A stretch of 48,152 nt of DNA from a virus (lineage: Duplodnaviria; Caudoviricetes): the IMG/VR virus record IMGVR_UViG_3300049926_000016, positions 1 to 48,152 of that record; one strand, 5' to 3'. The notes beneath the pieces are model-generated. The model saw only the letters and a program-made list of their open reading frames with translations, ran no database searches and was not told the origin of the DNA. The position numbers and the translations under genes were made by a program. Positions 1-10,388 of this stretch are shown piece after piece (position 1 is the stretch's first letter; each line of letters begins with the position of its first letter).

Positions 1-3000
1 GTCATCTGCTCCTCCAGCCACGGCAGGTCGTGCTCGCCCTTGACGACGGTGAAGGACCCGTTGACCTTCTCGACGTGGCCCATGACGTCCCGGCGGAGGG
101 CGGCGGAGTCGGCGTACTTCGAGCCAATCTCCTGAGCGAGGCTGTCCGGGTGGATGGTGCCAATCTCGCCGATGGAGTTCGGCGTGGTCCACGCTCCCTC
201 ATGGAGGAGCTTCACGTTGTCGAGCGTGCCATCGGCGTTGACGACCTGACGGCGCCAGCCGGACAGCATGTCCTGCACGTACTGGACGCCGACCTCGTTG
301 TCGGTGAGCGTCCGGCCCGCCAGCTCATTGTAATGCGCGGCGATGGCGCTGAACGAGGTCTGGAAGCGGTCCCCGGCGGCCAGCAACTCGGCCTTCATGG
401 CCGGGTCGGCACGCTCGGCAGCGGTCGCAAGGTTCTCCAGCGCGCCCTTGACAATGTCGCCCATCCGTGCGTGGAGCATGTTCGTCATGTTGGCCGCGAT
501 GATGCCGTCCGGCGCCCCGGCAATCTGGCTGAGCCGGTGGCCGAGGAGCCCCGACTGCTGGAGCCCGTTGCGGATGCCCTCGGTGAAGTTCGAGCGCGTC
601 GCGTACTCGGGCATGTCCATGCTGAAATGGCGCGCGAGGCCCGTCCGGCCCATGTTCTCGGTGATGGCGGCCAGTGCCTTGTTGGCGTCGGAGAGGACGC
701 TCTTGCCCACCGGCATGACCCCGTACAGGATGGAGTAGTACGGCGCGTCGGTGATGCGCTGGATGACGAACATCGGGTTGAAGGCGTACCGCAGCTTGTT
801 ATACATGCCGACCGTCATCTGCCCACTCACGTTGGACCCGTCGCCCAGCTTGCGGAGCGCGACGCGCGCCTGCTGCGACAGCTTCGAGGTCACGCCCATG
901 ATGCGGAAGTCGCCCTCGGCGGCCTGCAACAGGTGGTCCATGACAATGTGGATGTTCAGCGTCGAGCCATCGGCGAGGCGCAGGTCGTTCGGGATGACCT
1001 CGGCCATGGACTTCCACAGGTTGTCGGGCTTGATGCCGCGCACATTGGAATAGTCGAGTCCGGCGACCTCCTTGGCCCGCTTCATAATCTCCTTCGAGAT
1101 GGGCTTCGGGATGCCAGCCTCGAACGTGCTGCGCTCGAACCGCTGGTCGATGTTGCGGACGAGCCGCTGGCCCGTCACGCCGTCGCGGAGGGTGTTGATG
1201 AGGGCTTCGCCCGACTCGATGGGCTTGGTCAGGCTCTCGGCCTTGGACGGGCCGATGACCTGCCCGAGGATGTTGCGGGTCGTGTCGCTGAACCGCTGGC
1301 GCCCGAAGGGAACGGAGTCCACGACGTGGCTGAATGTCGGCGCGCGGTCGATGGTGTAGCGGCCGGTGGAGGCGTCACGCTTCAGGCCCCATGCGACGTC
1401 CTCGCTCGGCTTGAACCCGACCTTCCAGAGGGGCTTCTGCGCGGCCTCGATGACCGGACCAACGGGCGCGCCGGGGTGCTCCATGTAGACGACGTCCGGC
1501 TTGCCGCCGGTCCACCCGGGCGGGGCGTATTGGTCGTCCCACGGCACGCGGCTAGTCTCTTGGAACCCGCCCTTGCCGTACAGCTCCGGGAGGCGCCCGG
1601 CCTCATCGAAGGCGTCGAGCTTGGTGGCGCCCAGCGCGTGAAGGTGCGGGATGAGGTCGGCGATGGCGCCCTTCTCGCCGACGTTGAAGACGGACACGAG
1701 GTCGCCGTCGGGCTTGATGGCGAACCCGGTCTTGCCGTCGGCCGACAGGAACGTCCGCATCCCCCGATACTCGCCCTTGCCGTAGACGTAGAGCGTGTCG
1801 GATACCGCACGCCCGTTCGATTTCGTGACCTTCGCGGCCTTCCGCACGGCGGCGAAGAACTTGTCCCCGGAGACGGGCGCGATGCCCTTCTGCGTCAGGG
1901 CGTGCTCGGCGTCGAGGACGGCCTGCTTGGACCGGACGGCCAGCTCCTCGGGCGGGACGACGCGCGGGTCGCCGATGATGCTGTTGCGGTCAAGGAAGTC
2001 GCGCACGGGGCGCAGGGCCGGGTGGGCCAGCTCGGAGTCGAGCGCGACCCGCGTGATGCCGCCGCGCTCCAGCTCCTTCTCCAGCTCCTTGACCAGCTCC
2101 TCCAGTTGGACCTTGCCGCCCGTCGCGTAGCCCATGTTGGCCAGCGTCGGGTACCGCTTGGCCAGCGCGTTCCACTCGGACGTGGCGGTCTCGATGGGCA
2201 TTTCAATTGTCTTGGCCTCATTCTTCAGCGCGCCACGGATGTTGGCGATGATGGCCTCGGCCGTGACGTTGTCCAGCGTCTCCGGCGCCATGAGGACGAG
2301 GTCCTTCAGGGGGAGCGCGCCGTCATACGCTGCGGCGTCCACCTTGGCCAGTGCACCTGCCATGCCCCGGTCGGCGTTCTTGTAGGTGATGGCGTGGAGC
2401 GCGGACTGCATGTCGTGGTTCATGGTCCCGAGGCGCTTGGTCCAGTAGGGCACGTCGTTGCCGAAGACGGTCGTCATCCGGGCGGCGAGGTCGGCCTTCT
2501 CCTCGACGGTGAAGGTGTTTTTGGAGACCTTCTGCATGTGGTCCGTCAGCTCGGTGACGGCATCGCGCGTGCCGTTCTCCATCAGGGTCGGGGCGATGTC
2601 ATCCGGGTGCGTGTGGACCAGCTCCTCCGCGAGCCCTTCGTTGAGCACGTCGTGCTGGGCCTGAATGAGGACGTACTCGTTGGTCTTGTCGAGCGCGTAG
2701 CTGCCGATGGCGCTGTCAACCTCGGGGCCGACGTGGAACTCCCGCGCGAGCGCCCGGATGTCCTTGACGTTGAAGGCCCCGTAGCTCCGCTGGAACGCCT
2801 CGGCCGCGACGGCGTTCTTCATCTCGGTGACGGCCCGGGCGACACTCGACGGCTTGTAGACGGCGAGCGGGTCAATCATGCCGCGCATAGTGCGGGCGAC
2901 CGGACCCATGACTGAGTCGGCCTGAACGGTCTGCACGAGCACCGCCAGCTTCTCCGTGTTGGATACGGCCATGTCGAGTTTCTGGGCGATGGACGCGCCC

Positions 3001-4256
3001 TCTCCGGCCAGCTCCGCCACGCGGACGCCGGTCGTGACGCCTAGCTTCGCGACAGACCCGACGCCGATAGTGGCGTAGGTCAGCGGGTCCGTGACGGCCG
3101 CGCCGAGGACCTGTCCGATGGGGTTGCGGGTGATGCCCTGCCCGTGGGAGACGATGTAGTCCATGGCGTGCTGGTCGGACCACGCGCCCGACTTGACGGC
3201 CTCGACGGCCTTCTTCTCGACGTCGCTCACTTCGAGCCCGGCGTCATATCGGGCGGTGGCCTCCACGATGCGGTTACGACCGGCGCCGACGTTGGCGCGG
3301 ACGTACGCCTTGGCCTGCTCCTCCGTCATCTTGCCCGCCTTCATCTGCTCGATGGCGTAGGTGGCCTCGTCGCCGGTCTTACGCCCGGCCGCGATGTCAG
3401 CCTGCGCGCCGGACCAGTAGCCCTCGAAGTTGGTGAACCCGCCCATGCCGCCCGGGTCGAAGACGCCTGCGCCGCCGAGCCCGCGCTGGACCTCCGCGCC
3501 CGGCAGCCCGAGGAAGGACTGCACGGCCTGACTGAAGGCCCCGCCGAGGGAGCCCGTCGTGGTGCGACCCGTGACGAGGCCCGGCACTGACCCGAGGAAG
3601 CTGTCGTGCTGCATGTCGTCCAGCATCTTCAGGTACTCCATATTGAAATCGGCCTTCAGGTTCCCACCGCCGAGGACGTCCTTGTCGGCGTTCGTCTTCA
3701 GGATGAGCCAGTCGGCGTACATCGGGTCGTTGCCCGCCTTCAGCTTGGCGCCGATGCTGTCGAACGTCTCGTCGGACCCGCCCGGCAGGTAGCCGAGGGG
3801 CACGTGCGAGGCGACGGTGGCGACGGCCTCGACGGGCTTGACGACGGTCCAGTCCCCGATGCCGTGAGCGATTGCGCCGAGCCCACCGGCCGCGCGTCCG
3901 AGGTCGCCGATGACCGGAGCGCCGCCGAGGACGGAGCCGTTGCCCTGCCCGAACAGTGCGTGCCCGAGGTTGTCGAGACCCTTGCCGAAGCGGTCCCACG
4001 GCATCATGCCGTCAATCTCCGCCTGCGTCGCCTCGTGCCACGAGCCGTCCGGGTTGACGGAGCCGGACGGATATGCGCCACCCGCCGCCGGGCCGGTCGC
4101 AGCGGGAGCTACGCCGAGACCGGCCAGTGAACCAGCGGTCGCGGGCGCGGCGGGGGTGGCCAGACTCCCCGGCTGAGCCGGGGCGATGGGGGCCGTGGTG
4201 GCGGGAGCCGTCGGCGCTGGCGTGTTGCCGGGGCCGAGCTTGGAATAGTCCAGCAT
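1..4256 (-). CDS. Giant internal virion/ejection (polyvalent-type) protein, N-terminal >1400 aa; runs off the left edge
   Basis: ATG at 4256 directly follows the TAG of the upstream gene (MLDYSKLGPGNTPAPTAP...). The segments I translated have no stops, and the ORF track has no closed ORF in this frame. Contains a GNAT-like segment at ~1476-1800. Confidence 0.85.
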   Translation of the reverse strand, partial: MLDYSKLGPGNTPAPTAPATTAPIAPAQPGSLATPAAPATAGSLAGLGVAPAATGPAAGGAYPSGSVNPDGSWHEATQAEIDGMMPWDRFGKGLDNLGHALFGQGNGSVLGGAPVIGDLGRAAGGLGAIAHGIGDWTVVKPVEAVATVASHVPLGYLPGGSDETFDSIGAKLKAGNDPMYADWLILKTNADKDVLGGGNLKADFNMEYLKMLDDMQHDSFLGSVPGLVTGRTTTGSLGGAFSQAVQSFLGLPGAEVQRGLGGAGVFDPGGMGGFTNFEGYWSGAQADIAAGRKTGDEATYAIEQMKAGKMTEEQAKAYVRANVGAGRNRIVEATARYDAGLEVSDVEKKAVEAVKSGAWSDQHAMDYIVSHGQGITRNPIGQVLGAAVTDPLTYATIGVGSVAKLGVTTGVRVAELAGEGASIAQKLDMAVSNTEKLAVLVQTVQADSVMGPVARTMRGMIDPLAVYKPSSVARAVTEMKNAVAAEAFQRSYGAFNVKDIRALAREFHVGPEVDSAIGSYALDKTNEYVLIQAQHDVLNEGLAEELVHTHPDDIAPTLMENGTRDAVTELTDHMQKVSKNTFTVEEKADLAARMTTVFGNDVPYWTKRLGTMNHDMQSALHAITYKNADRGMAGALAKVDAAAYDGALPLKDLVLMAPETLDNVTAEAIIANIRGALKNEAKTIEMPIETATSEWNALAKRYPTLANMGYATGGKVQLEELVKELEKELERGGITRVALDSELAHPALRPVRDFLDRNSIIGDPRVVPPEELAVRSKQAVLDAEHALTQKGIAPVSGDKFFAAVRKAAKVTKSNGRAVSDTLYVYGKGEYRGMRTFLSADGKTGFAIKPDGDLVSVFNVGEKGAIADLIPHLHALGATKLDAFDEAGRLPELYGKGGFQETSRVPWDDQYAPPGWTGGKPDVVYMEHPGAPVGPVIEAAQKPLWKVGFKPSEDVAWGLKRDASTGRYTIDRAPTFSHVVDSVPFGRQRFSDTTRNILGQVIGPSKAESLTKPIESGEALINTLRDGVTGQRLVRNIDQRFERSTFEAGIPKPISKEIMKRAKEVAGLDYSNVRGIKPDNLWKSMAEVIPNDLRLADGSTLNIHIVMDHLLQAAEGDFRIMGVTSKLSQQARVALRKLGDGSNVSGQMTVGMYNKLRYAFNPMFVIQRITDAPYYSILYGVMPVGKSVLSDANKALAAITENMGRTGLARHFSMDMPEYATRSNFTEGIRNGLQQSGLLGHRLSQIAGAPDGIIAANMTNMLHARMGDIVKGALENLATAAERADPAMKAELLAAGDRFQTSFSAIAAHYNELAGRTLTDNEVGVQYVQDMLSGWRRQVVNADGTLDNVKLLHEGAWTTPNSIGEIGTIHPDSLAQEIGSKYADSAALRRDVMGHVEKVNGSFTVVKGEHDLPWLEEQM

Positions 4257-6767
4257 CTACTTGCCGTGATTGTACGCGAAGGAGTCGTCCGCTGTCTTCC
4301 CCGGGAAGGGGTCAACGTAGGCGGTCGGCGCCGGGGTGGGTGCCGGGGTCGGCCCGGGCAGGTTCGACGGGGCCGGGGTGGCGGTCGGCGCGACGCCGGT
4401 CGGGTTCTGCGGGGTGATGACCGGATTGGGCTGCGTGGGCGGCTGCATGGCGCCGACGAGACCGGCCCACGGGGCGTTGGTGGCCCAGCCAGCGGCGCTG
4501 CCGCCCTGTCCGATTGCGCCGGTCATGCCGGGCTGGCCCTGAAGGTAGCTCGGGAGCCCCGGGATTGTAATGTTCTGCCCGCCGAAGTTGACCTGCACCT
4601 TGCCCTGCGTGGCCTCGGGCACCTGCGCCATGCCGGGGTACTGGAGGTCGGCCCGCATGGCCGGGTTCATGTTGCTCGCGCGCACCGCGCTGTCGAGGCT
4701 GTTGTCCTTGACCGACGTGGCGGTCTTCCACGCATCGGCGATGCGCTGGTCGTACGGATTGGTGATGCCCAGCACGTGCATCGTCTGCGCGAGGAACTGC
4801 TGCTGGAAGTTGGGGTCCGCCGCGAACTTGGAGACTTGGTCGGCGGTCTGCGTGGCGGCCGAAGCCGTGACGGACGCGGAGAGCGGCGAGCTGAAGGTCG
4901 TGCCCGGGATGTCCCCGGCCTGAAGGCGCGAGTTGCTGAACGCCTCCGCCGACGGGGTCGAGCCCGCGAGCTGGATGGGGGTCGTGACGGAGGAGGTCAC
5001 GTGGCCCTTGTCGTCCACCTGACTGTTGACGGTCGAGGACTGGAGCCAGCCGTTCTTGACGGAGACCGTGATGCTCGACTCGACGCCAGCCTTGCCCTTC
5101 TCGACAGTGCTGGTCTTGGTGTTGATGGTGCCGCCCGCGATGAGGGCGTTCTTCTGCTCGTCCGTCAGGGTGATGGCGTTCCCCTGAGAGTCCTTCAGGT
5201 TCGCAATCTGGGACCCGACGTCCACGGCGGTCGCGGCAGCCGGGGTGACGTACGTGTCGCCCTTGTTGTCAACCTGCGTGGTGGCGCCCTCGGCGAGCGG
5301 GGACGTGACGGACCACTGGTTCTGGCCGTGGTTGTCCTGATACGACCAGAGCGTCGTGGGCTTGCCGCCGACGTTGTACGTGATGTTGTAGCCCGCGAGC
5401 CGGGGCGAGCCGTTCGGGTCGTTCGGGTCGGAGACGTAGACGGCGTGCGACGGGACCATGGCCATGACGGCCTTGCCGTCCGAGCCCGGGACCATGACGG
5501 CCTGCGCGCCCTGCCCGATGGCGCCCGCCGGGACGATGCCGAGATGGCCCTGCCCGGTCGGGTCGTAGTTGCCGTTGGCATCGACTGTGGTGTAGGCGAA
5601 CGCGGCCGGATTGGCCGCCATGTCGGCTGCCTTCTGCTGGAGCCCAGACAGGACCATGGAGGTCTGCGGGTCCACGCCCGGGCGCCCGAGCATCGTGGTG
5701 CCGAAGGACGGGGCGTCACCGCCCGGCTGTCCGAGGAGGCGCAGCGCGTCAGCGTCAATCATGGCCTTCGACCCGGCGTCGATGCCGGGCGTGCCGCTGA
5801 GCGTCTGGAGCTGTTGCGCGTACATGTTCGAGGCGTTGGTCTTGTCCATGTCGGACGCGGCGGGGTCCTGCATGACCTTCATCCACGCGGTCTCGAAGGT
5901 GGTGTAGGACTGCGCGACCGGCCAGACCTTGGTGTTCTGAGCCCAGCCCGCCATGGCGCTCATGCCCTGCGTCGCGTTTGCGTACGCGGAGACGTACCCG
6001 GCCTTCTGAGCCCGGTCAGCGATGAGCGAGTAGCCCTGCGTCGCGGCGCTGATGTGCTGATTGAAATAGCCCTCGGTGAGCTGGCCGTCCCAGTGCGGGT
6101 CGGACTTGTGGATGGTGTCGAGAAGGGCCTTGTACTTGTCCGGGAACTGCGCGACGTCGGTGGTCAGCTTGGCCAGCAGCTCGTCGCCGTTGCCGGTGAC
6201 GCTCATGCCGGTGGTCTTCGACAGGTCGGACAGCGCCTTGGTCATGGCGTCACCAATTGCAATGTCCTTGTCGGTGGTGGAGGTCACGAACGCATTGAAA
6301 GCGTCGGACTTGGCCTTGTCGGCGGCAGCCCGGCCCTTGGCCTTGGCCCCCTCGATGAGCTGCGCCGCGTCCTTCTGGAGGGTGCGGTAGAACTCGCTGT
6401 TCTTCGGGACCTTGTTGGCCCACTTCAGGAAGAACCCGGCGTAGGCCGTGTCGCTCATCTTGCCCTGAAGGTGCAGGACGTCGGCCTTCGACTGGGCGAT
6501 GCCGTATTCGAGCTGCATGATTTGGTTGTTGGACGACTCGTAGTCCGGGTCGCCCTTATCGAGACCCTTCTCCCGGTCCTTCCAGTAGGCGAGCGCCATC
6601 TCGTCCGTCACCTTCTTACCCTCGAAGGTGCCGCCGTTCTTCCACGCGTCCATGATGAGGCTGTCGCGCTTGGCGACGTACTCGCGCGCAAGCGCGATGA
6701 TTTGGGCCGAGACGTTCGGCGCGACACGGGGCTGGAGGCCGAACGAGCCCCTGCGACTCCGTGCCAC
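4257..6767 (-). CDS. Putative internal virion (ejection) protein, 836 aa
   Basis: Large A/G/Q/T-rich ORF right after the portal; helical N-half and Pro-rich tail. Function inferred from position only. Confidence 0.65.
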   Translation of the reverse strand: MARSRRGSFGLQPRVAPNVSAQIIALAREYVAKRDSLIMDAWKNGGTFEGKKVTDEMALAYWKDREKGLDKGDPDYESSNNQIMQLEYGIAQSKADVLHLQGKMSDTAYAGFFLKWANKVPKNSEFYRTLQKDAAQLIEGAKAKGRAAADKAKSDAFNAFVTSTTDKDIAIGDAMTKALSDLSKTTGMSVTGNGDELLAKLTTDVAQFPDKYKALLDTIHKSDPHWDGQLTEGYFNQHISAATQGYSLIADRAQKAGYVSAYANATQGMSAMAGWAQNTKVWPVAQSYTTFETAWMKVMQDPAASDMDKTNASNMYAQQLQTLSGTPGIDAGSKAMIDADALRLLGQPGGDAPSFGTTMLGRPGVDPQTSMVLSGLQQKAADMAANPAAFAYTTVDANGNYDPTGQGHLGIVPAGAIGQGAQAVMVPGSDGKAVMAMVPSHAVYVSDPNDPNGSPRLAGYNITYNVGGKPTTLWSYQDNHGQNQWSVTSPLAEGATTQVDNKGDTYVTPAAATAVDVGSQIANLKDSQGNAITLTDEQKNALIAGGTINTKTSTVEKGKAGVESSITVSVKNGWLQSSTVNSQVDDKGHVTSSVTTPIQLAGSTPSAEAFSNSRLQAGDIPGTTFSSPLSASVTASAATQTADQVSKFAADPNFQQQFLAQTMHVLGITNPYDQRIADAWKTATSVKDNSLDSAVRASNMNPAMRADLQYPGMAQVPEATQGKVQVNFGGQNITIPGLPSYLQGQPGMTGAIGQGGSAAGWATNAPWAGLVGAMQPPTQPNPVITPQNPTGVAPTATPAPSNLPGPTPAPTPAPTAYVDPFPGKTADDSFAYNHGK

Positions 6768-8728
6768 TACTTCCGCCCGTACTTGGTGTTGTTCAGGATG
6801 CGACCGCTGAGCTTACCACCCGCAATCATCGACTGGACCTGCGTGGACTGCGGCCCGTTGGCCTGCGCCGTGGCCCCGTTGGGACCCTGCGCGAAGGGGC
6901 TGGAGTTGCCGCCCGCGACGTCGGGAGTGGCCTGCTGGTCGTACTCGCCCGCACCGTTCGGCGAGGTCGTCGGCGTGCCCTGCCCGAGGGCGGTCTGGAG
7001 GGCGGCGGCGCCGGAGGCCGCCTGACCCTGTGCTTGGTTCTGCACGCCCTGCGGCGCCTGAGCGTTGGCCGCGTTGAGCGCCGACATGAGCTGGACCATC
7101 AGGTTGACCCGGTCCGGCCAGAGCGTCGCGTCCGTGGACTCGCGGCGGATGATGTTCTGCTCCTGCTCGGGGTCATCGACACCGACGGCATCCATGCCTC
7201 GGGCCTGCGACCAGAGCTTCGCGTTGACGAGGCTGGCGGCTCGGTTGGCCGTCTCCATCTCGTCGCGCGGGGAGAGCGACGGGTCTTCCATGTCCAGCCG
7301 AGGCATCCCGTGAGAGATGACCCGCTTGACGAACTTGGCGTTCTCGCCCTTCATGTTGGCCCAGACGCGGCAGACCAGCTCCCACGTCTTGCGGTCCCAC
7401 TCGTAGAACAGCAGGCGCCGCATTGCAATGCGCGACTCGTAGTTCGCGAGGAGAGCGTTGATAGCCTTCGAGGAGTTCAGGACCGCGCTCGGGGCGAGCC
7501 CCAGCAGCAGGTCGTTCAGGCCGGAGATGATGGCCATTTCCCGGTCGATGCGGCCGAGGAACTGCTCCAATTGGAATTCCGCGATGTACGGGGCGATGGC
7601 CTCGAAGCGGTTGCCGGGTCCCGGGGACACGGTCTGGTTGAGCATGGGCTTCACGGCAGCGGCGCCGCGCGCCGGGGCGTTCTCGCCCGTAATCTGCCAG
7701 TAGTCGCCAGCGGTGGCCTTCTGTATCATCTGCGCGCCAGCCGTGATGCGCGTCATCTTCTCGCGGATAAGCTGCTCCATGTCGTGCAGCTCGGACCGGC
7801 CGGTGGGGGTGCCCGGGATGAAGGTGTTGAACAGGGGCACGTACGGGACGACCCCCTCGTAGTAGTCGTACTTCACGTCGCGGACGACCTCGTTGCCGAC
7901 GACGATGCAGTTCCACGTCTCCATCTTGGCGGGCTGGCCCTTTTTGCCGGGCTTGCCGACCTTGCGGTACCAGTAGTCCCAGACCTCGATGCGGGCGGGA
8001 CCCCAGTTCAGCTCGGGGCGAGGGATGTCGGCGTAGGCCGAGTCGATGGCACCCGTGACCCACGGGACTATGGTGCCGGACGTGCCGGAGAGGTCCTTGG
8101 CCGTGACCTCGACGCTGTATCGCTCCATCGCCGCGTTCGGGTCGATGAGCGTGACCTGCGCGGCCCACTCCAGCGAGTCGTAATTGTCATCCTTGAACCC
8201 GAGGTACAGGTTGCGGGGGTTGATGACGGGCTCGGCGCACGGGTAGCCCTTCATGCTGTCGGGGTAGACGAAGGAGGCGGTCCGGCCGTAAAGGCCCTTG
8301 ACCACGGCGGCCTTGTGGCGCTTCAACTGCCACTGCTCGTCCACGGTCCACGACTCACGGATGCGCTCCAGAGCGTTCGCGTCGTCGCGAGCCTCCTCGC
8401 TGTCCGCGATGGCGACCATGTTCTCGATGGGGGCCACGGACTGGAGCGCGGCTGGGACCTCGACGTAGACCTGCGGGTTGTTCAGTGAGACGTGGCTGCG
8501 GCCATCGACCTTCAGATTGGGGTCGTCGGGCCACAAATCGGCGCCGAACTGGGTATAGGTGGTCGAATAGAACAGCTTGTCGTTGCGCTTGCACTCGTCC
8601 GCGAAGGCGTCGTGCTCCAGCTTGATGCCCTGAATACGGCCCTGCAACTGGCGCTGGAGGACCATGTTGTCCTTCTCGCCCATGGTGAGCCCGATGGCCA
8701 GCGTCAGGTCTTGGTACTTGGGTTCCAC
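6767..8728 (-). CDS. Portal protein
   Basis: Follows TerL; ~650 aa with portal-like motifs (VPYVPLFN..PG...GRSELHD) and a Q/A/G-rich C-terminal tail. GTG start at 8728 chosen. Confidence 0.85.
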   Translation of the reverse strand: MEPKYQDLTLAIGLTMGEKDNMVLQRQLQGRIQGIKLEHDAFADECKRNDKLFYSTTYTQFGADLWPDDPNLKVDGRSHVSLNNPQVYVEVPAALQSVAPIENMVAIADSEEARDDANALERIRESWTVDEQWQLKRHKAAVVKGLYGRTASFVYPDSMKGYPCAEPVINPRNLYLGFKDDNYDSLEWAAQVTLIDPNAAMERYSVEVTAKDLSGTSGTIVPWVTGAIDSAYADIPRPELNWGPARIEVWDYWYRKVGKPGKKGQPAKMETWNCIVVGNEVVRDVKYDYYEGVVPYVPLFNTFIPGTPTGRSELHDMEQLIREKMTRITAGAQMIQKATAGDYWQITGENAPARGAAAVKPMLNQTVSPGPGNRFEAIAPYIAEFQLEQFLGRIDREMAIISGLNDLLLGLAPSAVLNSSKAINALLANYESRIAMRRLLFYEWDRKTWELVCRVWANMKGENAKFVKRVISHGMPRLDMEDPSLSPRDEMETANRAASLVNAKLWSQARGMDAVGVDDPEQEQNIIRRESTDATLWPDRVNLMVQLMSALNAANAQAPQGVQNQAQGQAASGAAALQTALGQGTPTTSPNGAGEYDQQATPDVAGGNSSPFAQGPNGATAQANGPQSTQVQSMIAGGKLSGRILNNTKYGRK

Positions 8729-8741
8729 TGTGCTGCCTATC

Positions 8742-10388
8742 CTACGCGGGTCGCTTGAAAGATGCAACTGTCGTCTGAGACATGTCCTGCCCGGCAAACA
8801 GCTTCTCGGCCGCCGTCATCAGACGCTCCGCGTCGGGGTCCCCGTAGACGAACCCGCCAGCCTTAGCCGCGCCCGGCCGGGGGAGCGAGCGGGACAGCTT
8901 CACGATGATAGCGAGGCACATCACGAGGTCCTGCTCCTGCTGGCGGTCGGCCAGCTTGTAGTTGAGGCACTGCTTCTGGACCTCGGACCAGAACCCGCCG
9001 ACGGGCAGCTTCAGGTTGCCTTCATCGAACGCGGTCCGGAGGTCGGAGAGGAGCTGCCGCTTGGTCTTGATGACGCCGCCGAACTCGATGGTCCGGACGA
9101 CCGGGATGGCCTCCTCCAACAGCTCCTTGAACATGTGCCCTCCGAGCGCGGTGTGGTCCACGCCGGTCTCGATGTCGGCCCCGTCCTTGGCGTACCGCTT
9201 GTGGTCGCGGGCGCCCAGCGCGACGATGCCGCGCGTGGTCTGCTTGCCCTCCTGCCGGTCCAGTGAGACGCCGGTCAGACGACCATCGCCATCCATCTCG
9301 CAGACGAGGGACCAGCACTTATCCTTCAGGCCCGGGTCGAGCGCGTGGGCGTAGACGTGCCCGGCGCCGCCGGGCTCCGTGCTCTCGGGCAGCCCCTCGA
9401 TGAAGGCCGCGCGCACCGACGCCGCGTTGAACCAGACCCCCATCGCTTGGATGAACATGCCCTCGATGTTCTGGTCAATCCAAGCCTGCGGCTGGTGCAG
9501 GATGAGGGCGTCGAAGGACTCGCGGTCGATGCCGAACCCGATGTTGTCGCGGGTGGACATTCTCATGCTGAAGGCGCGCGGGTCGCGGAACGGGTCCTCG
9601 GGGTCGCCCGTGAACCACAGGTCCTCGAACTCGGTGGACGTGTCGGCTGACGGGGTCGAGATGAGGAAGAACTGCCCGCCGGTCGAGAGGCGCCGGGCGT
9701 GCATGATTTCCTTGACGAGGTACACGAGGCTCGGGCTCTCCTGAAGGCCCGCCTCATCGAATGACAATCCGTGCATGTTCTGACCGATGGCCGACAGGGC
9801 CTTGGCCTTGGTGCTGCGGAAGTGGACCTGCGCTCCGCCCAGCTCCCCGGCGAAGGCAATCCACGCGTACTCGCCGCGCTCCTTCGGCCCCTCGGTCCAC
9901 TCGACGCCCTCGGTCTGCGTGGCCTTGGCGACCTTCCGGGCGCCGACGACCTCGCTGCCGCCACCGATGGCCTTGGTCCACGGGCAGCCCGCCTTCTGCG
10001 CCGCGTGCGAGCCGCCCAGCAGGTTGATGACCTCGCTGAAGACCTGCTCGGCCGGAGCCTGCTCGACGGCGAAGTGCCACCAGTGATACGGAAGCGAGCC
10101 GAACCGGCGCAGCTCCTCGGCAGTGGCCCCAGCCTTGGGCGGCTCCAGTCCGGTGCGGTAGATGCAGGAGTGCAGGATGATAATGGCGAGCGCCATGGTC
10201 TTGCCCGCGCGGTTCCCGGCGGCCACCATGACCCAGTAGTAGAACGCGCGCCATCGGCTGTCGGTGCGTTTGATGTACGCCTCCACCATCCGGCGCTGGC
10301 CCGGGTGCAGCTTGACGCCGAGGAAGATGCGGGCGAACCGCTCGGGGTCCCAGCGGCACCGCTCGAACTCCTTGACCCAATCAATCAC
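8742..10388 (-). CDS. terL: Terminase large subunit
   Basis: Walker A AAGNRAGKT, Walker B LSFDEAG, motif III LISTP, RNase H-like ALDPG and DLVMCLA. Confidence 0.93.
   Translation of the reverse strand: MIDWVKEFERCRWDPERFARIFLGVKLHPGQRRMVEAYIKRTDSRWRAFYYWVMVAAGNRAGKTMALAIIILHSCIYRTGLEPPKAGATAEELRRFGSLPYHWWHFAVEQAPAEQVFSEVINLLGGSHAAQKAGCPWTKAIGGGSEVVGARKVAKATQTEGVEWTEGPKERGEYAWIAFAGELGGAQVHFRSTKAKALSAIGQNMHGLSFDEAGLQESPSLVYLVKEIMHARRLSTGGQFFLISTPSADTSTEFEDLWFTGDPEDPFRDPRAFSMRMSTRDNIGFGIDRESFDALILHQPQAWIDQNIEGMFIQAMGVWFNAASVRAAFIEGLPESTEPGGAGHVYAHALDPGLKDKCWSLVCEMDGDGRLTGVSLDRQEGKQTTRGIVALGARDHKRYAKDGADIETGVDHTALGGHMFKELLEEAIPVVRTIEFGGVIKTKRQLLSDLRTAFDEGNLKLPVGGFWSEVQKQCLNYKLADRQQEQDLVMCLAIIVKLSRSLPRPGAAKAGGFVYGDPDAERLMTAAEKLFAGQDMSQTTVASFKRPA

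Noticed and set aside
30-7025. Long plus-strand ORFs 30..2915 and 4266..7025 (also 6761..8488, 39344..43153, 44666..45922)
   Set aside because: Antisense shadows in register with real minus-strand genes; high-GC codon bias removes stops on the opposite strand; no motifs.
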